Shown here in pieces: positions 26,001 to 38,292 of a stretch of DNA of 64,000 nucleotides; positions within the stretch are counted from its first letter, which is position 1; each line of letters begins with the position of its first letter. Origin of the DNA: Amphiscolops sp. MND2022 (taxonomy: Eukaryota); assembly GCA_964187785.1 (NCBI GenBank), contig OZ076409.1, positions 89,034,001 through 89,098,000 on the forward strand. The letters are read 5' to 3'. Both the position numbers and the translations under genes were made by a program. The notes below the pieces were generated by a model that worked only from the letters and a program-made list of their open reading frames with translations, made no database searches and had not been told where the DNA came from.

Positions 26001-28221
26001 TATCGTCCACATACTGGGCGCACTGATCCGCTTTAATGACTTTGTCAAGGTATTCTCTCATGAAACTCGAGAATGCGGATAGTGACCGACTAAGGCCTTG
26101 TGCCAAACGTCTGTAAGCGAATGTGCGACTGGCAAAATTGAAAGCCAACATTTCTATTGAACGTTGGTCGGCCATTGGTAGGCAGTGGTATGCTTGCGAG
26201 CAGTCCAATTTACAGAACAGTTTTTTGCCCGCCAAGTGTTGGGCAGCATCAACTAGTGTACTGACGGGGTGATTATTGTTGATATAATCATCCGAGATGA
26301 GGTTGCTGATTTTTCTCAGGTCAACCAAGAGTCGGAGTTTCCCATTCGGTTTCTTTTGTGCGAATATTGGACTCGCATATTTCGAAAATGGCAGTGTAGT
26401 TATTATGCCATATTTGTGTAACATGGCTATTTCAACTAGGATGTCCTCCTTCAAGTTGATAGGGGCTGGAAGGCTTTGACTATAGGCTGGGGAATCGTCC
26501 TTAGGCATCAATTTCACCTTGAATTCCTCGTTCATGCCTATATCAAATCGGTGTCGTGCAAAGATGTCATGGAATTCCACTAACAATTCCTCAATTTTCT
26601 CCTTCTCTTCAGGAGTAAGGGTGGAATCTTTCCAGTCGAAGTTTTCTAAGAATTTTGCACGCGATTCTGCATCTGTAGTGGGGTCGAGTGTCTCTAGGTC
26701 CTGTAGGGCCTGTAACTCGCGTAGGATTCGTTTTTGTATAGATGTGTGTTCCTCAGGATTTCCAGGATTTTCTGGAGTTGGGAACCAATACTTTTCGGAG
26801 TTTTGTGGATTTCTATTGGTCTTGATGAGACTGCTGACATAGTGGGCTGCTTGCTCCTGGTCATTCTGCAAAAAGTGCCAGGTTGATGCCGGAACTACCG
26901 GTTTGACATACTTCATCTGTTCTGGCGTCATGACTGAGAAATTGGCAATATGAAGTCCCTTTTTGAGTTTATAAGGGTGGTCTGTGAAATTGTTCACTGG
27001 TATCAATATATTGCCGTCATTCAGAGTGACCAAAGTTGGGCAAAATGTGATGTCGCCTTCTTCATGTAGAAGGTCGCTCGGTTGCAAAATTCCAGTGACA
27101 GCATTCTCGGGGTAGAGTAGGGAATTGGTCCTAATTAGGGATTTATCATTTGGTGGAATAGTTATCTCAATAGGGTTGAGAATTGGTTCCAATACATTTG
27201 AATACTTATGGTCAGCCGCATTGAGCTGCATCGAAAAGAAAGGGAAATTCAGTATCCCTTGTCGCATGTCCAGAACTGTATGGTTTCTTTGGAGGAACAT
27301 TAGTCCGATGATCGGGCCTGTCAGATGTTCCATCACTATGAAAATCTCGTGAAACTCGATGTCACCAACTTCAAATTTGAGCTCTATTGTACTCTTAGGA
27401 GTTTCCAATTGCCCATTAGCGACCATTATTTGGAAATTTGGAGGCGGACCTTCCCGGATGACAGATTGTGGAGATAAAAGTCGAATTTTTCGGAGGTCCA
27501 TTTCAGGAATTGCACTGGACAGCGCTCCAGTGTCAATGAGTCCGTCAATGGTCAATTCCCCGAAGTCCATTGGGAAATACAACATGCGTTTTTTGCATTT
27601 GAGGTTGATGTTGGTTGACAGGGGTATACAGTCTGGTTCACCGTCTCTAGTGATTAAGACATTCTGGAACTGTTTCTCGTCTAGCAATGATTGTGGTATA
27701 GTTTCAACATTGCTGTCATGGGTCTCGGTCCCCAATGGGTTTGGGACCACTGGATGGTTTGTGCCATCATTCATTTGCCAGTTTTCAATTAATGCTCTGG
27801 TCTTCTTATTGTGGGTGATTGGAGGGTTCTCGTGGACTGTCCGATTGTAGTGTTCAATATCATCTAGAACGTATTGAAATTGTAATAGTTCTTGATTATA
27901 GATCTCGGTGTCCCAATATGGATCTCTGCCGTAGTCTTGGTCGATATACGTTGGGTTGTAGTTATCGACTGGGGGAATGGGCCTGAATCGGGTATTGAAG
28001 GTGGTGGTGTAATCAGGGTCCCAAACAGGAATTGGTTTTTGGAATAAATGGGTGTTGTTATAGGTGATGGTGATAGCTTTGTCCATCTGTTGCTGCCAGA
28101 CAACAGAGGGATAGCCCATCAATTGTTGTGTATACTGATGAAAAGTTTTTGTTGGAGGATCCGACCTGATGTATTGGCGGACGGATATCAGTTCGTTGTA
28201 TTGGAGTCGTGGCGAAGTTAG
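23017..28221 (-). CDS. pol: pol polyprotein: protease, dUTPase-like spacer, reverse transcriptase, RNase H, integrase, acidic C-terminal tail
   Basis: LIDTGA protease; KLDCSQAY...QGL...YVDD RT; TDAS...E...TDNKA...D RNase H; H-x-H...CEQC integrase zinc motif, TDKGTAF and LERTH. ORF 23017-23472 is in the same frame beyond a single TAG at 23488-23490 and ends YNLRPNPNPNYSEDFRY. Confidence 0.95.
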
Positions 28222-28227
28222 TTTTTT
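28221..28227 (-). other. -1 programmed ribosomal frameshift slippery heptamer A AAA AAC
   Basis: It sits in the last two gag codons before TAA. The -1 frame is open (LTSPRLQYNELISVRQYIRSDPPTKTFHQYTQQLMGYPSV) and joins the 1544-aa pol ORF. Confidence 0.85.
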
Positions 28228-29335
28228 GACTCATCATTGGGATATGAGGATTGGGAGCTCGATGATGTCGGTTTGGTCTGAGGTTTCTGAGCCTTTGAAT
28301 TGGGCTTATTGTCAGTTGAGTCTTCGGGCCTAGTGCGTTTGGGTTTAAGATGTGCACCAGCACCTTGCCAACATCTTTCCTCCGGGTGGTTCTTTTTGCC
28401 ACAAGTGCCACACTCCGGATATGTTTTCTTCTGCGTCGATTTGCCTTGTTGGGCATCTTTCTCTTTTTTTCTTTTTCAGTTTTTCGCAGTCCTTGACCAT
28501 GTGGCCCTTTTCCTTGCAATAATTGCAAGTGGTATCGGACAGTTGCCCTGTGGACAGAGGAGTTTTAGGTTTTGTAAATGAGGAGGTCATTGTGGCCATT
28601 GGTAGGTCGTCTGACTCCTCGAGGGCGTTAAGCTCCAATTCTCTCTCCAAATGAGCGACTATCTCATCGTATGAGCCATTTTCTAACCTGGCCATGTTGA
28701 CGGACCGCTTCAGTTTTGGTGGCAGTTTTGCGTAGAGCAAGCTGTCAATCATTTTCTGTGCATGATCACCAAACGCCTTCTCGGCTCCCTGGTTTAATTC
28801 TTCGAGAAAATCAGGCAGCTTCATCGTGTTGGGATCGAAGACCAGACGGTGCCATTTATGTTTGGCAGTCGCCTGTGACTCGGGCCTGTGACGTATTTTC
28901 GTCTAAAGATGACTAATACGTCCTCTAGAGTTTGTCGGTTGTTTGAGCTGATGTTTCTGAATGTCTGAAGAGCATTCTTCTTCAACAATGAATGAAAATG
29001 ATAAATTTTCATTTGCTCGGTCATCTCTGGCTGCATCTTGATCATAGTATGGAAGAGGTCTTCGAACAGCTCAAATTTCTCACTCTTGCCATCAAAAGTC
29101 ATAGTGTTGGAGTTGACTGGGCGTATTGTGAGTTGTTGGGCTGTCGGTCTATTCTGCATTGTAGTCAAGACGTCTGCCAGTCGAGTGATGGGGTCGGAGT
29201 CAGCAGCCGTAGCGATTCTCTCTTGTGCTGGGATCGTCGTGTCGATGTTGACGTCCTCGAAGGACCTGTCGAGATGATTTCGGGATGAGATTCGTCCTGT
29301 GAGAAACTCAGGAACTGGATTTGGAGATTCGTTGT

Positions 29336-29347
29336 CTCCTGTCACCA
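29336..29347 (-). other. Primer-binding site TGGTGACAGGAG, tRNA-Leu-like
   Basis: Starts with TGG (complement of tRNA CCA) immediately after the 5' LTR. It matches 11/12 to TGGTGTCAGGAG, the complement of the 3' end of vertebrate tRNA-Leu(CAG). The host tRNA is not available, so the assignment is tentative. Confidence 0.75.
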
Positions 29348-31262
29348 TGTCATGAGTGTTTAGGTCAGGGGTGTCATTGTCTGACTGATTCCCTTCCTGT
29401 TCATTTCTTAAGTTGTTTTTTGTATTTGAGTTTCGCTGGACTTCGGAATTTAGTTCCGGTCTCTCGGACGGAATGTCCCATCCTTTTCTGGTCCCGTGTC
29501 CTGATCCGGCCATAATAACGTTTTGGATTTGAGAAAGCACCTGGGTGCTGATCGCATCATTTATGGCCCTCTGAATCTGAACACTCACAGAATTCATCAT
29601 CTCGTCCATTTCCCGTGAAATGCGAGAATTCAATTCACTTGACAACCTGTTAATCTCAGCACTAGAGTTGGCTGTAACTGAATTTTGGTCATACTCGGTA
29701 TTTGTTCTAGAATGATCATTTCTCAGATTTCTACTCACACTTGCATTTTCATTCTCAGATTCATTGCTTGCAAAGCTTCTAGACCTTCTAGGCAAGTTAC
29801 TGTTCAAACTACCTTCTCTCTCTCTCTTGTGTTAAAATGATTTCCTCCTAACATAATGTCTATGTTCTCGATGTCTGACAGCATCTCGAGTCCTCTTGAC
29901 TTTCTTGCTTTTTTCTGTTTTCTAGTAGTAGGCATAGAAACAATTCCGAATTAACAATAAATTAATCAATACGGAAATAACAGCGAAGCCGTTTGGAAAT
30001 CAATCTTTTCTAGAGTCGAATAATATGAATTGTGTCTCACTCAAGCTAAACACCGGTATTTATACCCCTGAGTGGGTGACACTCACATATCTTACATATT
30101 TTCGTCCAAGATTGACATTGTAAGGTATGTAATGCACTTGATTTTTACATATCTCTGGTATTTAACAAGTATGGTTTTGAAAGATATCAGCACCATAATA
30201 TTCCCCGTTTACATATTTCCTATGTCATCGGAAAACATCAATCACATATTTCTGTGAAATCCTGATTGGGAGAATTCTTGACATATTTGTCTCCCGAAAT
30301 GTAACATCAAACAATCAACATAATGGTAAATATCCTTAACGGTACTTCAAACAACATATCTATTCTACACATTATTATTGCAATGTCAACAAATGTTAAG
30401 CTCGTTGTTGGAATGCGAAGCTCGTAGCACTGGTATGCAGTGTTAGCACGTGCCACCACGTGGCTATAGGTCATCATAGGGGGAAGCAAATTCAAATAAC
30501 ACATGCCCAATTTTTTTAAATATCATTGCATCACTAAAATAGGGTACTTCTTAGAAGGGCCGAAATTGGCCAAATCCTGATTAATAGTACAATATTATGG
30601 GGAATAAGGGTAAAAGGCCTCATCCGGCCTTTGATCAGCGCTCGGCTCTTTTGGTTTGTTGAAGGGTACATTGGTATTATTTTAATATTAAAGCACTTCC
30701 AGAATAGTCCCCAACTAATATGGTTAATTGTGAGTACAAATAATTCAGCATCATTCGTTACGCTAAGACGGCCTAAATCGGCCGTTTGACCAAAGCGCGT
30801 AGTGGAGAGTATACATTGAGTCAGTTGGCCATACTCGGCCACTATACAATCAAATCAGTACTAATATAAAAAGGGGAAGCAACGTGATTGGCTAATATGT
30901 TGAGTTCAAGTGACGTCTCCGGAATAAGAGTTTCGTTCACTTGAACTCGTTTCCTTTACGTCGTACAGCTATATTGCTACGTATTACTTTTATAATTGCA
31001 AAGCGCCTTTCAACCTTCAAAGCCACATCTACATTATTTGGACCTTCAAATGTGATTTTAACAGACTAATTTTACATGTGCAAGTATATATTAAGGCTAG
31101 CAACATTAACAAACGTAATATATATTGAATAACAAAATGGCGTGAAAGTTTCAAGTTCTGTGTTTTAACCTGGTCAATAGATGGGTAGTGTTCCGGGTAT
31201 AAACTCCTGTCCGTTCGCCGATGTAGTCACTGTCGTACCGTCACAGGCGGCAGCCTGCGACA
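29348..31262 (-). repeat. 5' LTR (1915 bp)
   Basis: On the - strand it begins TGTCGCAGG and ends CATGACA, directly followed by TGG (PBS). It differs from 14907-16821 by about 15 substitutions counted by eye, with no length difference. Confidence 0.97.
30057..30064 (-). promoter_or_regulatory. Putative LTR TATA box (TATAAATA on - strand)
   Basis: About 120 nt upstream of the gag ATG. A similar TATA with a neighbouring TGACACTCA motif sits at the same relative position in the related LTR at about 36057-36085. Confidence 0.55.
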
Positions 31263-32400
31263 CCGGTGGTCCGGAAAGAAACTAAATTGACACAAATAAC
31301 ATCTCACCCCAGATATTCCGATGAATTGTTGATAAGAACGACAAACTTTCATTTTCCTAAATGATTTTTGCGTTTCGTAATTTTTCATTGAAAGTGAAAA
31401 AATGGCTGTCCTCATTTGAGGACGAAATCACTGTCGAGGTTATAGAACAGTTGTTCGAGAATATAAATATATTTTTAGTAATTGTTTTTCTTAAACCTAG
31501 TGTTAGGTTTAGTGTTAGTTTTAGTGTTAGTGTTACTTAAACCTAGTGTTAGTGAAATTGGTTCCAGACATTATTCCGGCTCCTCGTTAACCGTATATAT
31601 ACAAGAAAGCAACAAATGATGTCAGTTTTATACAGTTTAATGGGTGTACCAGTAATGTATTTGCCTCATTGGACGGACGGAAAAAAGTGCCGATGAAGTG
31701 ATTGATATTTTTAAAAATCAGCAGATTTACCTAAAACCGTATATAGTATTTAAAAAAAGGTGCAGAAACTAACTTTCCGCTTTTCACGAATTCATTTTAT
31801 CAGCGAGTTTCGGCAATCTTTACATACCAAATTTAATTGTATCTAAGCTGATACTTTTTTCTTTGTGGATTCGCTCGTATGTATCTGCAAATGAGAATTG
31901 AAAAATGTCGATATATTTCCTTATTTAGAAATATTCCGTTAACGATTGAAGAGAAAAGCTTCAAGATAAAAAATAATATCTTTTCTAATTACATATTGTT
32001 TCTAAATGTAACAACTTCCTTTTGCTGTTTATTCCAACTCTTTCTGTGAATCCTTTATTGATTCCAAGAGTCATTGCGTTAATGAGTTTTTAGACAGAAA
32101 GATTCCAATTGATACAGTGCTTGTCAGTCTTTAATTAAAATCTCTCCTCCAGAACTTTAAATTTATAGTCAGAAAAGAAAACCTTTTGACAAGGAATTTC
32201 ACAGATCAGTTTTCAATCAGAAGTAATATAATTTCGTATTAGAAGCTGTTTGTTAAAAGCAAGAATAACTCATTATGCTGAAGTTTATACTCGAAAAAGC
32301 TAAAGACTGCTAACAATGCAGACGAAAATGCTTTCTTTTGACAGAAGTATACTTGACAAAAAGTCTCAAGAGCAAAGATCATTCAGCTTTTTATCATAAT

Positions 32401-33378
32401 TACCCGGGTTGACCTTTTGTGGATATCTTAGTAAGATCTTGACAAAGTCTTGCCATGGTATTCACTTTGCGATGATAAGATCTTATCAAGAGAGCCATGT
32501 TCCCAAGAAAAATTTCATTGTAAAATCCTATTTGGCCAGAAAAAATCTAACAGGAAGTCAACAGAAATTAACATCTATGCAGATTTACATTGTTAGACAT
32601 GACAACGTTCTGTTACCAATGTATAAAATTTGAAGCAACCTTACGCTGTTTATTTGGGGAGGCACTGATTAAATTGTTCTATCAATTGCAAAACCGTCGC
32701 CAACAACGGCGTCGGAAAACCCTCGAGCTTAATCATTACGCAAACCCTGGCAATGGTCGCCGTGATCAGCAGTAACAGGGCTGCTGCAACAGAATCAAAC
32801 AAGCTGGAAACATGAATCATTTAAATTACAACCAGATTTCTCAATGTTCCCTGAGTAACTTTCCGATAGTGGCTTTGGGCGTTTGAGAGCATTTTTATCC
32901 GTCTCTGGAATCGACAGCAGTGACAAGTTACAAGTTTTAAAAAGCTCTTGAAATTTGTTACAATCGCATTTCTCTAAACTTAAAGAGGTGAGCGGTTATT
33001 AGGATTCTCGTCGGGATTTCGGAAGCCAGAATACGTTATCGTAATTTTTCACGCATATTTGCATGCGAATTTGTTTCAGCAGGTTGAAGCATTTTGATGA
33101 TGAAATTGAGTAGAAAGGTGTTGTAGAAAAAAACGAGTCGTTATTGGGTGAAATGAGCCCTTAGATTGAGTCTCGCCTGCTTGTACCGAAGGTATAGTGA
33201 TTTAATAATGTTAGAATTTTGTCCATCGTGATAAGATACGATCTTGGAATAATGTATTACCTAAGTAAGATCCTAACAAGAATCTTGCCATGGGTTCCAT
33301 GGTTGCCAAGATGTAGTAAGAATTTTGCAAGATCTCGCCTAGACAGGCAAGGTGGTAGTAAGAGGGTCAACCCGGGTA
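32401..33378. mobile_element. Non-autonomous TA-flanked TIR element (Tc1/mariner/pogo-type MITE)
   Basis: Perfect terminal inverted repeat TACCCGGGTTGACC / GGTCAACCCGGGTA; subterminal TCTTGCCATGG and AAGATCTT motifs. Confidence 0.8.
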
Positions 33379-33388
33379 CAGCGGTATT

Positions 33389-33872
33389 TTTAGTAAGCGC
33401 GTGTTCCTCTGAAGGAAAAATGCCCGACTATTACAGTGACTTTTTTCTTCAGACCACAGACCTCACACTGATCGGTCCACTTTTGGAGAAACTCTTGAAA
33501 CCACTAAGGCCAAATCCGGCCAAGGCAAACTTAGTGCAAAGGGTTCACCCTTTCATTTTTTACTTTTTTAACGTAACCTACAAAACCGGACGAGGCTAAA
33601 GGGTCCCCTTTTCGATTTTTTTCGGCACTGAGCGACTTTTTTCGAAATTTTTTTAAATGTCCCCAAAAGGGTCCCCCGTTCGTGTGTTTTCATATTTTGC
33701 GACAGAATGTATGGTATTAAATCCAAAAGGGTCCCTTTTTTACGGTTCTCGGCACTTAGCGACAATTTCCGAAAGAAAAAAATTTCAAAAACTACAAGTT
33801 TTTTTCCAAAAAAAATGTTTTGCGCTTTTGAGCCTTAGGTATAGCGCCGACTTTAGACGTTCTCGTCTTGTT
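33389..33872 (+). repeat. HINE-like element copy
   Basis: Ends GAGCCTTAGGTATAGCGCCGACTTTAGACGTTCTCGTCTTGTT; the body resembles 1-461. Confidence 0.7.
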
Positions 33873-34560
33873 TCTTTTGACATCTCATCAAAATATGTAA
33901 AGTTATACAACATAATACAGCGGTATTTTGCCTTTTGAGTACTAACCAAGATATATGAATTTATTCAACATATTACAGCGGTCTTTTTTCTTTTGACATC
34001 TAAACAAAATATGTAAAGTTATATAACATATAATTGACATTGTATTCCAAGGTATACCAGAGTTTTCAGAAAAATTTTAAGCAACATCTTAAAACCTTCC
34101 GGTGAGAAAGAAAACCTTCAATGATCAATTTGGTTTTTCACTTTGAGGCTTTTGCTAAATGATTAGATGAACTCTTATCGCGGTCTGAAACTTTTCGCTA
34201 ACAAATTCTCCATTGTTTCTCAGCTTTATGGTGTTTTCACAGCCAATGTTGCCAATTAGCACGATTAAAAATAGCAGATTTAACACTTTTCGAATCAATA
34301 CTCCAAGTTGGAAACCGATAAAAATTTAAAGAAACATGTGAAATTTCAAACATCTAGAGAAGAAAATAATCTACAGGATACTTGGAAAATAACATAATCA
34401 GTTAGAACATTTTTGTTTGATAAAGTGTTCTGAGTTGAACAAATTGTGGTTGTAAAGAGTATCAACTACAGGCCTTTGCTGAGCACCGGGATAATTTTTG
34501 CCTTGAATTCTGTTAGTAACAACATTTCTCCAAGTCTTGATTGTAGCCGATGGGAATCAA

Positions 34561-34792
34561 GCAGTATCCCAACGTTGATTGCGAAACGCATGGTTCATGG
34601 TTTTCTTTTTTTAAAAAAAGTGCCTGAATCCAAATGGCCAAAATCAGCCAAAAATATCCAAATCTCTAGCAAAAACGTCGCGAGATATTTGGATACTTTT
34701 GGCTTATTTTGGCCATTTGGTTTCAGGCACCTTGTTCAAAAATGAAAAAAAAACACGAACCATGGGTTTCAAAGTAAACGTTGAGATACTGC
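34561..34792. repeat. Foldback (long imperfect palindrome)
   Basis: Arms such as GTGCCTGAATCCAAATGGCCAAAAT / ATTTTGGCCATTTGGTTTCAGGCAC and GCAGTATCCCAACGTT / AACGTTGAGATACTGC. Confidence 0.8.
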
Positions 34793-37313
34793 GGCCGTTC
34801 TTATTGTTTTCAAAGATTTTCAAAAGTTCTGAAAGAATTTCTCCTGATTAAAGTAGTTTGAATGTGACCTCAACATTTCTACATTGTCCAAAATTGCATG
34901 TCCAAACATTTTTTTCATTCTGATTATGAAGCAACATCACTGGGTTTTGAATAACGTTGAAACAAAACGAGAACGTCTAAAGTCGGCGCTATATCTAGTG
35001 TTCAAAAAGCGCCAAGTTTTTAAAATATGCCCAGTACGTATTTATGAAAAGCTCAGAAAACAATTTCGAGACACCTAAAAGGTGCCTTTCATGCTCGATA
35101 AGAATTGGAAACCACTGTTTCCCCAACTGGGACAAAAAAAACTTTTTTAAAAAAAACTAGAATTTTTTTTTGGAAATTGTCGCATAGTGCCAAAAAAAGT
35201 AAAAAGGGACCCTTTGGGATTTATTACCATACATTCCGTTGCAAAATATCAACAAACTCGAAGGGAGGACCCTTGAGAGACATTTAAAAATTTTCGAAAA
35301 AGAACGTCGCACAGTGCCGAAAAAAGTCGGAAGGGGGGAGCCTTTAGTACGGTTTTGTAGGTGTCGTAGACTTGGTCTGTAAAATTGTCATTAAGACGGT
35401 CACAGAGTGGCTCACCTCTTGAGTTGTTTCTAGTTTTCTCACTGCGGTAATCTTCGGGATTAATCTCCGGTCACTCAGCCGGAACGTTCCATCTATTTTG
35501 TGTCACATGTCCCGATCCGGCCTTCAGGGCATTTTGTATCTGCGGCAATATCTGCCCTCTATATCACTATTTGCCCCCTGGATCTGAGTATTAACACTAT
35601 TCATCATCTCATCCATTTCTCTAGATAATCTCGAGTTCAACTCACTTGACAACTTGTTGATCTTGGCATTTGAGTTAGCACTTGTAGAACTTTGTCCGGG
35701 ATCGGCATCATTACCAAGTCCCATTTCTTTGATTCAAGTACAGGTTTTCTTCATTGTTTTCAAACATATTGCTATTGGCGCTTTCTGTCCTTCTAGCTGA
35801 ATTGCTATTTACACTTTCTTCCCTCCCAGAGTGTCTTTCACCTAACATTATGTCTAGGTTTTCTATATCTGAGAAAATTTTTAGTCCTCTTGCTTTTTTG
35901 CGCGTTTCTGTTTTCTTGTAGTAGGCATTGAAAAAATCCGAACACAAACACTTGACGTTTTTGATATCAGAAAAATTAAGAGTGAAACCGTTTGTGAGAG
36001 GTCTCTTTGTTAGAGTATGCAAACTCAATAAGTGCTCCTCTCAGGCGAGATACCGAAATATATACCCCCGAATAGATGACACTCACATTTTTGACATATT
36101 CTAAATAAGGAATAATTTTTGACATAATCAGGAATAAGTCATACGATATATGGTGGCTGCAATCCTACCTAGTCATATGATCTTCATCATCAAAGAGGCA
36201 TCAAAAAATTTTAAACAACAAGCGACAGGTAACAGTGACATCAAATGAATATCTCTAATTCATTGGTCAGGAGGATTAATCACATCAAAGCAACAACAAC
36301 AAAATGTTGAATTATGAGTATTCATGGTAGGCACGCGCTGACACGCGTGACTTAAAAGGCTACACTTTATCATATGAACTACCGATTACATGTAACACAA
36401 AATATAATAAAAATGCCTTGTCACATCAGTCTATTGATATGAAGGACCAAGTTTGGTTCAAGTACTGATGTGACAGTGTTGGACTGTATAACTAGTTTCC
36501 AATTCAGACAATAGCAACTACTGGATTTCAATGCATTGGTTCACATTAGGGCTTTTATATCATAAAAAAACATCACTACTAAGATAATTCCAGTAAGATA
36601 ATTCAAGTACAGTACAAATATGGCCGGAATCGGCCAATTGCCTATTGTCTTGTACAGCAAATAAGTCTCCTCGTCAACCGGCCATATCCGGCCAACAGAT
36701 TTAATAATGCCCATAGCACAGTAAATGGAGTGATTTCATTGGTCGATTTAATGAGCTCAAGTGACGTCTCCGGAATAGAAGTTTCGTTCAATTGAACTCC
36801 TTTGCTTTCTACTGCTAGCTTGTACAGTTATAACTGCATTGATTTTTTATAGCACTGCAAATCTCAATTCATTGATCACCTCTACCAACATTGAATGTGA
36901 ACATTAACAGACTAATACTATAACGCATTAATAATGTCGAAAACGTAATAAATAGAAATCAAAAAAAATAGTTTGTTTAGTTTTAGGTTTAATAAATCGG
37001 AAACGTGCCGGGCACTATGTTTTGTCCAGGAGCTGTTGTAGTTGTTTGGGTACCGTCACAGGCAACAGCCTGCGACACATCGGGAGCTAAGAAAAGAAAA
37101 CGACCGGCGTTGAGTCCATTTGAGTATGCCTCTCGTCTGAGTGCTGAAATGTAAGCTGGCTCGCTCTGTGATGTATACCGTTCCATATACCACTTTATCT
37201 CCCGCTCTTCGATCTCGTCAACTGACATTCCGCACACCATGCACCTGACGCATCTCTGACAGCTAAGGTCCGGGTACGGCTGTGAACTTTGAAGATGGTA
37301 GGACGCATGAAAA

Positions 37314-37573
37314 AGATTGCATGAATTGGGTCGAATGAAATAGGTCGAAAAGAATTAGGTCGACCCTTTTGGTCGAATAACTTGGGTCGAATTGACTGAG
37401 GTCGAATTGGGTCGAATGGATTCGGGTCGAAATCAATATGTTGTCTCCCTTGAACTTGGCATTTTTCAAGGTCGACCCAAGTCCATTCGACCCAATTCCG
37501 AAAGGGTGAAGATTCGACCCATGGCACAGGAGGCCGATTCGACCCATTTCTTTCGAGCCATTTCCGTTCACCC
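37314..37573. mobile_element. MITE with internal GTCGAA/TTCGAC repeats, Mutator-like TSD
   Basis: Interrupts the ORF3 homologue; flanked by a duplicated (C)GCATGAAAA. Confidence 0.65.
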
Positions 37574-37776
37574 GCATGAAAACCAGTGTCCATAGTTTGC
37601 AACAGAGGGGTGTCTTGTGAAGGCCCTCTTTCGTGCTCAGGAGGTGACAACGGCGATTCCAAGACAGGGAGAATTGTCTTACATAATTCGATTATTCCTT
37701 TTGGATTCCCTTTTGGGGGATCATAGCAGAGTCTCTCGTCGAATTACACCCTGTTGGAATTGGGTGTCACTGGCGG

Positions 37777-38292
37777 GGTAAATGGTCACTTGGCTTAATG
37801 CCATTTGGCTTAAAGTCATTTGGCTTAATACAATTGGTCACTTGGCTTAATTTTTTTAAGCTAAGTGTCTCGGGTATTGGTCACTTGGCTTAAAGTGATT
37901 TGACTTAAAACCACTTAGTTGAAAACACGTGGCAGATTTTGTCGAATTTATCATTATAACGTAGTCAGCGTATTATTATAACATGTCATATCAAATACCC
38001 CTGGGATATTTCCCCATTTCCTCTAGCGCCCTGCGGCCCCTTGGGGCCGCTTATATTCCCATCTTGCTAAGCGAGGTCGAACAGGAGCAAAGACCTAGCG
38101 GGAACGGAGATCGCGAAGCGTGCATACACCGTATATGCCCCACTTTATGATATTTCCGAGAGTTGACATATTTATCCCTTGAGTTGGAATGGAGTTGGCC
38201 TAATTTTGTGGTCACTTGGCTTAAAATTTTTAAGCCAAGTGACTCAAGAAAAAAATTAAGCCAAATGGTATTAAGCCAAGTGACTGGTAACC
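37777..38292. mobile_element. MITE with TIRs and an 8-bp TSD (hAT- or Merlin-like)
   Basis: TIRs GGTAAATGGTCACTTGGCTTAAT / ATTAAGCCAAGTGACTGGTAACC; TSD ACTGGCGG at 37769-37776 and 38293-38300; subterminal CACTTGGCTTAA repeats. Confidence 0.85.

Larger units (their letters stand above)
28218..29935 (-). pseudogene. gag: gag, frameshifted in this copy; two CCHC zinc knuckles
   Basis: ATG at 29935 (MPTTRKQKKARKSRGLEMLSDIENIDIMLGG). The reading frame is restored by removing 2 nt in the (GA)n run near 29815, 2 nt near 28887 and 1 nt in an A run near 28467. Knuckles CNYCKEKGHMVKDC and CGTCGKKNHPEERC; stop TAA at 28218-28220. Confidence 0.9.
14907..31262 (-). mobile_element. Full-length Ty3/gypsy (Metaviridae-type) LTR retrotransposon, 16,356 bp, with accessory genes
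   Basis: Two near-identical 1915-bp direct repeats with TGTC...GACA ends. 5-bp TSD CCGGT at 14902-14906 and 31263-31267. PBS abuts the right LTR. Gag with CCHC knuckles and pol in PR-RT-RH-IN order on the - strand. Confidence 0.97.

Noticed and set aside
24884..29515. Several + strand ORFs of 60-163 aa overlapping gag and pol
   Set aside because: They are antisense shadows of the real coding strand with no independent motifs.
37314..38292. Regularly spaced short repeats resembling a CRISPR array
   Set aside because: The repeats are short, irregular and inverted at the two ends, with TSDs. They are MITE subterminal repeats in eukaryotic DNA with no cas genes.
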